Below, in pieces: positions 1 through 11,791 of a stretch of 64,000 bases of DNA (positions within the stretch are counted from its first letter, which is position 1; every line of letters begins with the position of its first letter). This stretch comes from Tricharina praecox (Eukaryota). Under the pieces are notes generated by a model. The model was not told where the DNA came from, ran no database searches, and worked only from the letters and a program-made list of their open reading frames with translations. The DNA lies in contig NW_026250411.1 of NCBI RefSeq assembly GCF_024521635.1, positions 124,001-188,000 on the forward strand. Reading direction: 5' to 3'. A program made the translations under genes and the position numbers.

Positions 1-2
1 GG

Positions 3-173
3 TTCGATCCGGCCATGTTGATACGGTATACCCGCGGGGACCGCAAGGCGCTGGATACGCTGGTCTGTGCGCTGGCTGATGTGCTGCGGGGTCTTGCGGG
101 AGTGCTGGAAGGGGGGTTTACAGTGCCCGGTGGATGGGTAGGTGGTGAAGAGGAGTCACGTGTAGCTAAGTAG
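3..173 (+). CDS. 3' end of a hypothetical protein gene running in from the window edge
   Basis: Open frame from position 3 (FDPAMLIRYTRGDRKALDTLVCALADVLRGLAGVLEGG...SRVAK) to TAG at 171-173. Convergent with the next gene. Confidence 0.45.
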   Translation, partial: FDPAMLIRYTRGDRKALDTLVCALADVLRGLAGVLEGGFTVPGGWVGGEEESRVAK

Positions 174-283
174 GAGGATGTAGTTGTCAATCCATTCGTC
201 ATTTTTATACACACCTCATCCAAACACGCGCACGTCCCTCCCCCCCGCACCCCGCATTTCCACATCTTTCAAACATATTTTAT

Positions 284-881
284 TCATGAAACGCCCTCCC
301 ACGATCCCCTCTCCGCCGCTTGCGCACCTTCCCCGCGTCCATACGCCAATATCCTATCCACAACACTCTTCACCACCTCCCGCTCCTTCTTCCACCTCTC
401 CTTCCCCCCATGCCCCGTCAACGCCACCATCTCCAAGTCCGCAGGCACCGTTATCACGCCCTCCCTCACCAGTCTCGCGACCCTCTTCAGACTCTCCCTC
501 TCCATCTCGTCAAACTTCGGCCTAAGCTCCCTATCCGCGCGTCGCAGCCGATGTCGATTCCTTATCCTTCACCCTCTTTCATCAACCACCACCACCCACT
601 TTTTCCACCCATGGGGAGACGCATGTAAGCACCTACCTATCGAAACTCCTCCCCATCCCGACGAGACGGAACACGCTCGCCGCCGCAAGCGAGATCACGC
701 CGTGCTGAGCGTCCTGCCGCGTATTGAACTTCTCTGCCAGAGTGCCCTTGGGCGGGATCTGCACCCGCGTGCTGCGGTGTGCGGTGTGGTGTTGGTGGTG
801 GTGGTGCCCGAGCAGGTCCATGTATGAGTGGTCGTCGTTGGGGGTGGGGTCCAGGTCGTGGTCGGGGGAGCTGAAGCACAT
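284..881 (-). CDS. Hypothetical protein (~173 aa), 2 exons: 881-637, 560-284
   Basis: ORF MCFSSPDHDLD...SFDR joins ORF ...NRHRLRRADRELRPKFDEMERESLKRVARL... in frame through a 76-nt GTAGGT...AAG intron (636-561). Spliced length is 522 nt. Confidence 0.6.
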
Positions 882-1394
882 CGTCTTCTGCTGTCTTCAG
901 TCGTGCTTCTTCTTCAATCGGGGTGGGATGGGGTGGGATGGGTGCGCGTGGGATGGGGGGGGCGCATGGTGGTTGGGTGGATGGAGGGTTAGAGGTTGAA
1001 TGGATGGTTGGAAGGTTGGACGGGTGGACGGGTGTATGGACGGACAGGATGTACACACAAACCTACATACCCATCAAGGTTATGCTACCGATCACCGTGG
1101 ATGTGTGACCGGTTCGCAATCCCGATTCCGTCGAAGTTAGACGTAATCTGGATCGGGCGGCGTGCTCGTGCGCGTGCGCGGAAGTAGGTAGTAGGAGGCA
1201 GTGGGTGGCGAAAGGTTGGACAATGGACAATGGACAATGGAAACGGAGACGTTAATAATGCGACTGCCCTCCACCGCCGCGGCGGGGAGGTACCATGACT
1301 GTGACTGTATGGGACTGTGTGTGAGTGTGAGCGTGAGCGGGTGTGACGTCGTTCATACATAACATACTTCGTACATAACATACACTCATCCGTC

Positions 1395-1466
1395 TAGACT
1401 CTGGTTGGGCTCTGGTTAGACTCTGGTTGGGCTCTGGTTAGACTCTGGTTGGGCTCTGGTTAGACT
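1395..1466. repeat. Minisatellite, 3 perfect copies of the 22-mer TAGACTCTGGTTGGGCTCTGGT plus a partial copy
   Basis: Direct reading: units start at 1395, 1417 and 1439, followed by TAGACT at 1461. Confidence 0.95.
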
Positions 1467-2573
1467 TCGGTGGGATGAGTCGAGAATCGATGCAGATCGA
1501 TGCAAAGTGGCGTCGGCCCGGACGGCTCGGAGGAGAATGGGGGGTGGGGTGAGGTGGGGTGGGTGGGGTGGGTATTTGCACTTGTTTGACTTTTGACTTC
1601 CGTTCAAAACGAGGGGGGAGGGGGTCAATGGATATTTGGCTTCTACTCGAGTAGAGTCTACATCTGCTGTGCAGTGTGAGCTCTGCCGGTGGCGGAATGG
1701 ACATCGCGAGATATTCTACCGTACGTATTAGCTATCACGGAGGGGCTATCACGGAGGAGCCATTCAAGTTTCGCCCCAAGCCCAAGCTCAAGCTCGAGCT
1801 CGAGCAGCTCGCACTGCACGGCGTACCTAAGACCGAAAACCCAAAACCGAAGGCCGAAGGCCCAAGCGTGCACTCGCCAGTCGCCAGCTGCCACAGGAAG
1901 ATCCGTGCTTACATACGCAATCCGAGCACCGAACTTAAGCTACCGGTACCGGTGTCGAGCGGTTGGGCTTTGTTATCCTATCAGATACACTCGACGCACG
2001 ACAATGCACCAAACTTTCTGAATCGAGACTCGAGAGTGAAGACCCCGCCGGTGGCATCGTCGCTCTTGCAATCTCAAGCTCTATTGACTACTTTTCTGTT
2101 GTCTCGGCCGTGGAGATATCGACTCCAAGCTTCGCGCCATACCCTTCGCCGAGCAGTAGGTTCCAAGCCGTCAGTCTTGGAGCTTTGGTGGGTGCCGTTG
2201 TTGGAACTTGGAACTTGAGTAGGGGTTGTTATTCAACTTCGCTAGTTACGGGTTATCTAGAATTGCACCTTCCGATATCTTGGAATCCTGGATGCCGTAC
2301 TAGGTACGCCCAAAGATGGCACTGCGGATGTTTCGTCTCGGGATCATATCGTGTCTCAAGCAACGCGATATGTCTTCAGCTGGCCACTATCTAGTACTAC
2401 TTATCACCGTCGCGGTCATTTCCTATCCTCTCGAGTGACCCTCTATGAGCATACATACCATTCGTTTTCTTCCATTTCTAAGAAGCAAACAAATCCCCTC
2501 TAAGAAGCAAACACACCCAACTCAAGAAGCAAACACACCCAACCCCAAGCTCTAAGGCGCAAACACCCTCCCT

Positions 2574-4404
2574 CTAAGAAGCCAACACATCCCACACAGC
2601 AATCTTCCCGACCTCAGGATCCCACCCGAACGCGAGGGTCATTCTCGCGAAGAGAAAGTAGTCATCAAAGTACCTTAGCACCTCTGAACTCGTGTTCTCG
2701 GCGAGCTCCTGTCCGCTGCGTCCAAGGAAGCTGAGCCACGCTCTTTCCGACATTATTAGGTTGCTGCCTGCTATCGTGCCAGTTTCGTCGGCGATGCGGC
2801 CGAGCTGGGTGGTGTTAGCATCAATGGGATGGAGGGAGAGGGATGGATGGAGAGGGAAGAGGTACGGACGATGTTGGGGTTGGGTTGGATCGAGGGGAGA
2901 GGGGCGTCGCATTTTTTGCAGACAGCGCTGGAGGAGTTGGTGAAGACGGGGAATCCGCAGCTGGAGGGTGTTAGTAGGGGATTGGAAGTGGGGGGTTAAG
3001 ATGGGAGGTGTACCAGGTGCCGACGAGTAACATGTTTCGACGGTGGCTTTGCTTGAGTTAGTTAAATAGAATATACTTGAATAGGGAAGAGATCTCACAG
3101 GGTGGCAATATTGATCTCGACGATCACCACGTTGAGGTAACCTATGCACTGGTTCCCGGGGACTTGATGCTCAAACTCCTCGATATTCCTGGCGTACGTG
3201 TCAATATCGGCGAACGTATACTTCAGCCTAACATCGCCAAACAATCCCACACTCCAATCGAATTCCGTGTACGGAAACGGCTGGCAGAGATCTGGTTTCC
3301 GCAGGAGTTTCTGGGCGTAGGAGCGTAGCCACTGCGCATCCCTATGGATCGGGTCGATGCCGACAAGACTAGCTGGGCCGAGGGAAAGCTGCACATCATT
3401 CCTCCAGAGCCTGATGCAGGGCGCGGTGAGAAGTAGAATTGTCTTCGAGATCTCCCAGCTATTGGCCGAGGTCGTCATGGAACCCCACAGTGTGAGAGTG
3501 GCTTCCATGCTGTCGTCGAAAACGCCAATATCCCGCTTTTCGGCGGTGCCGACTCCATCTTTACGGGGTACTGATCTGTCTGTCAGTTCTAGCTCACCCG
3601 ATATGGCGTTGGGGATCTCACTGAATTTCCTGGAACCTTTCTATTGCTACGTTAGCCCGTTTCCTTCCCACCCCTAGGTGCCTTCAGACTTACCCATTTG
3701 ATACACACGAGCAGCCTGGCGTCGTCCACATCCGATCCACTTTCGACAAATACTTTAAGCGGCATCAATTCGCCGCCCTTACTCTCGTCTGACTTGTAGT
3801 CGGCGTAATTCTCATCGCTGTCTTCAAGGAACTCCACATTTGCGGCTGCATCTGTATCCGAAATACTGACCATGTAGCTGGCCGCACTACTCTCCATCTC
3901 CTTGGTTGAGAGTGCAGCGACAAATGTCGTGTGCACTGTCGCCAGTGCTCCCAGCTTCGCGACTTGCCGGATCATCATTGGCCGAGTAAGCCAGAACTTG
4001 ATCTACAACATCCAAGATTTAGCTGACTGCATGGTAAGAAGTGCAGGGAAAGTCGGATTCGATACGTCAATAGCCCCCGTTTCATCCGTCAACGTCATTC
4101 TCAAGAGCACCTTTGCGGCTGTAGCCTGCTTGGGGTTCTTCTCCACGTCGCGGAAGTTGGCGACGCGGCCGGTGAATGTGATACGGCCAGGACCGGACTT
4201 GATCTCGCCGATTTTGGTGCGCGCGTATATGACACCGCTTCTTGGAGCCCAGGGGCTTGCTGGGAGGCGAAGATCATCCGCTCTGTTCTCATCTTCACCG
4301 TCGAAACCATCGCGGAGATGGTGCGTCTTACTGGGCGTTGGGAGGGGTGTGAAGTAGTTTTGGATTGTGTGGGATTTCTTGGGTGTGCGCGGTTGAGGAG
4401 GCAT
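2574..4404 (-). CDS. MEIOB: MEIOB-like ssDNA-binding protein (three OB folds, C-terminal Zn ribbon), ~497 aa
   Basis: Exons 4404-4066, 4002-3694, 3640-3622, 3570-3099, 3046-3014, 2960-2870 and 2804-2574 splice in frame via GT-AG introns. Motifs ITFTGRVAN..LTDETGAID, DIGVFDDSMEATLTLWG..ANSWEISKTILLL..IDP..DAQWL, CC-x12-CKKC and IADETGTI match the RPA1-paralog MEIOB layout by eye. Confidence 0.75.
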
Positions 4405-4580
4405 TTCTGGATTGCGTAGACTTGGGTGATATGGTGAGAGATAGCGAAGAGGAATGTAAATGGTTGTTGCTGCTTATTTGCCATGCCATCACTCGAATCG
4501 GTCATTGCTGTTCTCCACAATTCCTCACTCGGTTGAATGCAGCCAAGCCTCCATCCCTGCAGGCTGCCTGGTCTGTGCAC

Positions 4581-4590
4581 GAAAATTTCA
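4581..4590. promoter_or_regulatory. RRPE-like element (GAAAATTTCA) upstream of NOP16
   Basis: Reverse complement TGAAATTTTC resembles the RRPE consensus of ribosome-biogenesis promoters. It lies ~105 bp upstream of the NOP16 ATG. Confidence 0.4.
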
Positions 4591-4694
4591 GAGAACCTTC
4601 GCCTGCGACAGACCTCCAGGCGCAAAGTGAAACTTCCCCCACCAAAACCCCCCACAACCACCACCTTTCTACAACCACCAACTAGCCAGCAAAG

Positions 4695-5395
4695 ATGGGT
4701 CGCGAACTTCAGAAGAAAAAGAACCGGTCCTCGAACCCGCGCGTAACCCGCCGCAAAAACACCCGCGTCTTCAAGATCAAGTCCTTTGGCAATGACATTA
4801 TCAAAGACAACTGGTACATGAGCTCCTCTCCCTTCTCCGCCACTCACCGCTGACACAATTGCACAGGGACAACTCTCAGACACTCTCTCAAAACTACCAG
4901 CGCCTGGGACTCTCGAGTCGCTTGAACGCCTCAGCATGGTGCGCGCCCGCCTCCTCCGCCTTCACGCCGTCGGTGGTCCCCAAAGTTGTGCCCAAGAAGC
5001 TTGCGCCCGGCGAGGCCAAGATCATCCGCGACGAGTCCGGCGCAATCATTAGAGTCGAGCATGCACCGACCGCCGAGGAGGCGCTGGACGAGGAGTGGGG
5101 TGGGTTCCCTGCCGCCACTGAGGACGACGATGAGCCCAAGACTGCTGTTGTTCGGCAACTCGAAGCGCTGGCCAGGAGCGAGGTCAAGAAAGTGCGGACG
5201 CAGAGCGATCGCGAGAAGGAGTGGATCGAGAGCTTAATTGCGAAGCATGGGCGGGACTTCAAGAAGATGGCCAGGGATCGCAAGTTGAATCCCTTCCAGC
5301 AGACGGAGGGTGATATCAAGAGGCGCGTGGGGAAGTGGGAGAAGAAAGAGGCGGCGGCTGCCGCTGCTGGGTCGACTGAGGCGATGGAGGCATAA
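4695..5395 (+). CDS. NOP16: Nucleolar protein 16 (ribosome biogenesis)
   Basis: MGRELQKKKNRSS...IIKDNW|DNSQTLSQNYQRLGL..., with intron 4814-4866 (GTACAT..CAG). The C-terminal KHGRDFKKMARDRKLNPFQQTEGDIKRR is a Nop16 hallmark. Confidence 0.93.
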
Positions 5396-5855
5396 TTAAA
5401 TATTGCGGGCTTGGTGTGTACTACCGGATTTCTTTGCTTTCTACTCTACATCCACTGGCGTTTAGTTTGGAATTCTGTTTGGCGCGGAAAAGTTTGAGGT
5501 TGAGCGCTGTCTCTGCATCTGGTATACCTACTGCTCCCACCGGTTCGAGTGTGATAATGACCAAACGGCGTCTTACAAGAGCCACAGAAGCTTCAACCTG
5601 GACGATGGTTGATATCTTCGTCCCCCAGTGTGAAGCCTGTTCCGTAGGAAGAGTGGGTGATGATCTCAACCCGAGTTTCAGTATACCTTTGGCGGAGAGG
5701 AATGAAATTGGAGTCTTTTGGTCGTGATCCTCAGTCTTCATACTTTTTCCGTGAGCAAAAACAACCCCTAGCGTCATCATCACGTGCCCACACCACTTAT
5801 CGCGTCCTCCCTTTCATCCACGTCTTTCCACCACTACTATCACGTAACCACTACT

Positions 5856-6815
5856 ATGACAACCCTCGACCCGTCCGACCCACGCGGTACCAACCAACCT
5901 TCCTCCACACTTCTCGACCCATGACGCTGACGCTATGCAGCACAGCTCGAACGCGCCCGCTTCACAACACACGCCGAGATCCTCGCGATCCACGCCGGCT
6001 TCGGAAAGCTCAAGGAGCGGTACCCAATCCGGCCGGATGTGTACGAGAAATTCGCGCTTCACGCACACATTCTCGGTGTCTGTGCACCCTCGGAGGAGGA
6101 GGGGGGGAAGGAGTGCGGGGGCGGAGGAGATGCGGCAGAGCTATCAGAACCAGAACCAGAACCAGAACCGCCGCTGGAACCAGTGCCCGAGATAGAAGCG
6201 CAACCCGAAGCTGAGCCTGAGCCCGAACCACTGCCCTCCCCCGAACCCTCCCCCGAGCCACAACCCGTGGTATCCCGAAAACGTGCGCGTCCCCAATCCC
6301 AGAATCTGCGGAATTCGAAGCCGCAACCCTCGAAACCGAAGGCGCCCACGCGCGCCAGTAAACGTGCCCGCAACCGGGCCCCTCCACCACCACCACCACC
6401 ACCATCGGCTCCTCCCATTTCGAAACGAAAATCACACGCCGTCAGTCATCCCAATCCCGGCGACGACGTGCTGGTAAACCGTATCCCGGAACTACCCCCG
6501 CCGCGGAGAAAGTACGGGCGCGGGAGAGCGGCGGGATTGGATATCAACATGTTTCTAGAACTCTGTGCGCGCGAGCGGAGAAGGAACAGGCAGTGGGGTG
6601 TTGCGGGCAACGGAGGGTGTTTGCTCCAGAGGAATTTAAGGAGACGGAAGTAGGCCTGCGACACTGGTCAGGCTGCAAATGATGAATGCAACTGTTGAAG
6701 GTGTTCGCGGAAAGTTGCAGATTGGGTGTTGATGCAGTACCCGGATCCTGTCTGCGCCAGTTGTGTCCATCGTGTGATGTTAAAGCTGCTTTTTGGTCGG
6801 TCAAGATCTGCCTGA
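5856..6815 (+). CDS. Hypothetical Pro/Glu-rich protein with a Cys-containing C-terminus
   Basis: ATG at 5856; intron 5887-5940 (GTACCA..GCAG) joins the 6039-6653 frame with EPEPEP repeats. A probable 51-nt intron at 6650-6700 extends it to ...RKCSRKVADW...CASCVHR...TGA 6815. Without that intron it stops at 6653. Confidence 0.6.
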
Positions 6816-7606
6816 TTCGATGCATCCATTGATAAACTATCGTGGATCATGATAGGAAGCTGTGGGGCGAAAACGGGGATGGCGGGGAGGAGGAAGAAGC
6901 CTGAACGGCCGGAAGATGGGTGAGGAGTTCCTAGTTTCCACCACCAGAAACCCCCCGGTCTCGCCGGTCTTGCCGGTCTATTCACCCAACGGCGCCCTTC
7001 TTGCTCCGTAGATTGCCATTCCTGTCTAATATGTATCGGAACACATATTGCCCTGCGTATCTATCACATGCCATCACTCGCACTCAATTCAAATCCGCAA
7101 TTCGAAAGGAATCATTCATTACAACACGCATGCTGCCCTACTCCGTCTAAGCGAATACACGTTGCAAGTACGTATACTTCATCCCTCCCTATCACAAACA
7201 GGCAATGAGAAACAGATCCCAAAATCAAACCCAATCCAGCCCCATCCCATATACGCCGCTCTCACCGGCTTACTCCAAACAAAAACAATACAACGCAATA
7301 CAAGGTAAAGCAGAACGCTATCAAACAAGTAACATCAGTACAAACGTAACCCTAACAAGAATTGTGCGGGTCAAAAATGCTATGAAATCAAGTAGTCGTA
7401 AAGGTATCCGGGTGAGGCTACCTGTTGAAGGGTAGAGCAAGAAAGCAAAGTAAAGCAGCAGTCAATCGATCAGTCGGTCATCAACAAGAAAGCAGAACAA
7501 GCAGAAACAGATCAAAGCAAAAGAAAGCAAGCACTCAATGGTAGCGTCCAACCCAAATCAAGCAGAACGCCACCCCATTCCCTGACCTTCACATGGAACA
7601 TGTTTC

Positions 7607-8645
7607 TCACATCTCCATTCCTTCAACCATATCGTCGTATCCGCCGTCATCGCCCCAGATGCTCTTGCTGTCTGACCACATATCTGCTTCGTCGCCGCTG
7701 TCGGACTCTCCCATTGTGCCGCTCCTGACACCGTTGAGACCCCACACTCCCGTTTCAGCCGGAGAGTGACTGAGCGCTGAGATGCCGCGGAGGTAGAGGT
7801 AGCACACTCTTTTCTTGTTCTTATTGAAGAAGAAATAGATGTTGCTCCAGATCAATCCCTCCTCGCCGTAGGGATCGTCCGATACGTTGTCGGGTGAGTA
7901 CGAGTAGATGTTGCAATCCGTCAGATCCATCTCGGAGTCTATCGTATCCCACATGCGGGGTATGGTATTCCCGACATTCACGCCGAGGTTGAATAGCGTC
8001 GTGTTGAACGTGTTGATGACGGTGCGCACGTTCTTCTCCCTCCGAAAATCGGTGGGCCGGAGAACACTAGAGAAGTCGTAGTCGGGGTGTGAAGCGTTCA
8101 GTGTCGCGATCATGTACGCGAAAGTCTTCCTAGCCGAGACCTGGTCGAGCGGTCCGAATGGCGAGTGCAAGGTCTGGTATACAGCCTTACTCTGCAGCTT
8201 CGAATCCGTGGGTGGTGACAACTCCTCGGAGAGTCGCAGGTCTGTCTCGTAGCGAGAAGTCAAAGTATTTGAGATTGACTTGTACAGCTTTTTATCGCCG
8301 CCAGCGGCCTTCATCGAATGGCAAAGACATATGTCAGCTGCTTGGGAATACAAAAAGGCATATCATCATGAAATAAGCGGTTCGCGACTGAGTCGCGAAT
8401 GATGTGAGTGGTTTGTATGCACCTTTGTCGTGTATATTTCGCAGCCGCCGATGACGCGACAATCGTGGGTGTCGAACACCAACGCGCGATTTATCGGGTC
8501 GAGTTTGCGAAGAGGGAGGAACTGTAGTAACGGACCGCTTTAGTGCCATTGGCTATAATGCCACTCCTGTACCGTGCTCACCTGACCGGGTATACGGCGG
8601 CAGAGAGTCGGAGGGGTAAGCCCACACACACAAACATACCTTCAT
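7607..8645 (-). CDS. MAF1: Repressor of RNA polymerase III transcription Maf1
   Basis: Exons 8645-8640 (MK), 8521-8423 (FLPLRKLD...GGCEIYTTK) and 8308-7607 (AAGGDKKLYK...SPFGPL..SARKTFAYMIATLNASHPDYDFS...WSNIYFFFNKNKKRV). These are the Maf1 A/B/C boxes. Confidence 0.96.
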
Positions 8646-10140
8646 TGTTGCGACGAGGAATTTCCGTGATGAGATTTGCTTTGCGCGAGCGATACTGTCG
8701 AATGTTTCGAAATGGGATTCCCGGAAATAACTGCAATAGTAGCAAGGTATCGCAGCTACGGAGAGTGATGAGGTCGGAGCTATTCAGAGCTAAGCTAGCT
8801 ATCGAGCTTCGGATCGATCGTAGCTGACGACAGGTGTCGATGATGAGGAGTAAAGCGATGCGACGGAACTCGTGGACGACAACGATTAGAAGTGGTTGGA
8901 AGAGCAACGAGATGGCGACGTAGGTATGTGGATATGGTGGATGATGGAGTAGCAGGTGCGCGTTGTTTCTGTAGAGCTGAGCAGGTACAAATAGTAGCTA
9001 GAGGATTCGCCAACGGATGGAGTCGGCGCTTTAGCAGACGAGCATGCTGGAGACGGTAAACATGGTTGGCTGTTGGGAAGTTGCAGTGATGGTTTGTGGG
9101 GCGACGATGGTTTTCGTGGGCGGGAGCCTGTAAAGGGGTGGGTGACCAAACAACCACGACCACACCCGCAGCGCCAAGGAATCCGTAAACCTGCTTCGAA
9201 CACGCAAGCTGATACGCTCGTTCATCTGGCCGCCCCGGCACGGGCGGTCAACATGAACCCCCGTGGGACCTCCGCCTGTATGGGCCGAGCCCCAGAGACG
9301 GTCCTAAGGAGTATAGTGACGCCCTAAGAACCATCAGGAAGCCCGAACATCTCCTTCGCCGTGAATGTTCCAAAAATAGACCACGAGACAAGAGCTCAAC
9401 TGAGGCCACGCTGACAATGTTCCGCTCGGCAGACATTCGGCAGTATTCGGATGTTCGAACATCGCATCCCTGTGACTGGCGTAGCGAATGACGACCGTCA
9501 GTAGATCCCCGTTGAGACGTCACTCGAGTGACATACCATGGACGACCTTATTCGGAACACTCCTGCCTGCCATCATCGACGCTGGTCGAAATTTCGAGGG
9601 CTGGGTAAGTCCGTGCTCAGAAGTCGCAGATTCGCGGGAATTGGTTGGAGTAACCACCAAGGTCGATCAGAGTAACCAAGAAGGTCGATCGGTTCGAATT
9701 CCAAGAAACAACCATGATCATTCGAACCTAGTTAATCGTCAACTGGTGCCTCTTGAGCGTCCACGTGAGACGGGACACACCTACACCAGATTTAAACCGG
9801 ACGAGGGTGGTAGGGAAGGTGGTAGGAGAGGATGGGGAAGAGTAGGTCGGTGGAGGAGGATGTAAGATGTTTTCACAAGCCGGGAACTTTAACTAGAACT
9901 ACAAACAAAAGCATCATCACATCTAGACTTCAGAAGGTTTGTTGAGGAAGCCCACTATGTCTTAGCGAAATCTAGGTTCCAAGAGCATGTTTTTACAATC
10001 ATTCTTCGCCACACATAACCCAACCTGTCTATGTTCATCCACCTCAAACTGTAAACACAGTGCAGCACAGACGGCTGTGAATCTCATATCAACCTGAATC
10101 GCTCCTCTCCTCCTCTCCCTCTTTACTTATAACTATCATT

Positions 10141-11206
10141 ATGAAGCGAATCTCTGCGAGCAGTCTTCTGTGGGCGATCACCGCGAGTGCACAATTAGTT
10201 GTCCCGAATATCGCCGCGGAGGAACTTAATCCGGATCAAATCCAGTATGTTCCTCCTCTGACCTTCATCATAGACAGCTACTGATATTGTACAAGGTGTC
10301 CGATAGAAAACGGTGCTTTTTGTCTCGACGGGAATACACTGGTCAGGTGTGCGAACTATGTTGGGACTGTGGTAGACTGTAGCACATTCCGTCCCTCCGA
10401 TTCTATGGTATGTCAAGGTACTGATACGCCGAATAGGTGGACAAGAGCTAGCTCATATTGCACCCACAGAGCTCAGAAGTGGTTTCTGTAAGTCCATTAA
10501 CCTTTCCTTCTTTGCAGTCTCCTAGATCAGACCCTGACTGCAGTGTAGGTTACAATTCGCAGACCGACATCACCAATGCATCCTGCGGCAAGGCCAGCTT
10601 CGTGTAAGCCTAATTTCCACACAATACTTTTTCCTAACACTGAATCACCACAGTTATCCTGAGGGGGCTGCCCCGTTCAAAATAGATACCTACAACGGAG
10701 TCCCCTCGTCGCCTCCCCATCCGTCAGCCGATTCAGCCAATCTACTTGCTCCAGGAGTAGCTGCTCTTCCAGGCCCCGTGATTATAGATACTATTCCACC
10801 GGCTATCAGGAAGAGGACACTGAAGGAAGTAATGTTCGAGCCGAGGGAAGCGGAGAATGAGGAGTCCAGCAGCTCGAGCTCCTCCTCTGATCAGGTCAAT
10901 TCCAAGGACGGGGGACAATCATATGTTGTCGACCAAATTTCCTACCAAGGCGCCCAGACCGAGGCCTCGAGGGAGGCCAATAGAGCTCAAAGCGGTGGTG
11001 ATGACGAGAGTGAAGAAGAAGGGGATGGTGACGAGGAAGAAGACAAGAAGGGGGAGGCGGAGGATGTCAAAAGAAGGCTAGAGGAGGAAGAGGAGGAGAA
11101 ATCCCGGGCCGCCGAATCAGGAGCAGCGTTTATGTTTCAGCAATGGCAATCGTATTGGTCTCCGGGAATAATTGTGTTTATGGCGGCCGGGTTGTGGGTA
11201 TGGTAG
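10141..11206 (+). CDS. Putative secreted / GPI-anchored protein: Cys-containing N-terminal domain, acidic Ser/Glu stalk
   Basis: Signal-like N-terminus MKRISASSLLWAITASAQ. Intron 10245-10295 is followed by QCPIENGAFCLDGNTLVRCANYVGTVVDC and further GT-AG introns that I did not fully resolve. The hydrophobic C-terminus is SPGIIVFMAAGLWVW. Confidence 0.65.
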
Positions 11207-11791
11207 ATAGTAGTCGAAGTCACTCTGTTGTACTTAAGTACATGTTATATAAGACAACGAGTTGAGACAATCTTACATGAGTTTTGTTTGGTATATCGAA
11301 ATTAAATACGATTACTATCCATCTATGGTGGGTATATGGATGATGAGTGCTTCCTTAGGTATGGCCTTTTACCTGTTGGTGGGGTTTCAATTATTTGGTG
11401 GGGTTGAATGGCTGCGATGCGGCTCTCACAACAGCCCAGCCAGACTAAGCCAAATTAAGCCACGACCTCCTCCCACTCCAACATTTTGGAGAAGAGGCCA
11501 CAAGTCAAGGTAGAGGTAGAGATCTAACGAAACATTCATTACCATCACCAACCGACCACCTGAACCAACACTAATCGCCAACTCGTCGCCTATCCAATCA
11601 TCCCAATACCCCCTACATCTACCTCTTTGTCGTGCTCTTTCACGACTTCAAACGGCCCCTCTCGTGTCGCCGGTTCCTCCAAGCGCTCCACCTAAGCTCT
11701 AGTTGCGAGGGGTCCACGGCTGTCAGCGCGGCGTGTCCTTTCTCTCCCCTTCCCCGGCCCCTTATCAACAACACCCCGCCAATTGCTCAAG

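Noticed and set aside
1395..1466. 22-bp direct repeats as a CRISPR-like array
   Set aside because: The units are contiguous with no spacers, there are no cas genes, and the context is eukaryotic. It is an ordinary minisatellite.
1676..2394. Overlapping 110-180 aa ORFs
   Set aside because: No recognisable motifs, low-complexity content and no consistent splice model.
6651..6698. A-to-I editing (UAG/UGA to UGG) rescuing premature stops
   Set aside because: A single in-frame GT-AG intron (6650-6700) removes both stops more simply, and editing would need two events, one in a disfavoured UGA context. Not fully excluded without RNA data.
6679..6815. Box C/D snoRNA (ATGATGA...CTGA with CAAGATCTGC complementary to LSU rRNA)
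   Set aside because: Only ~10 nt of complementarity, the D+5 position does not match the U24-type target as I recall it, and the segment overlaps a probable coding exon.
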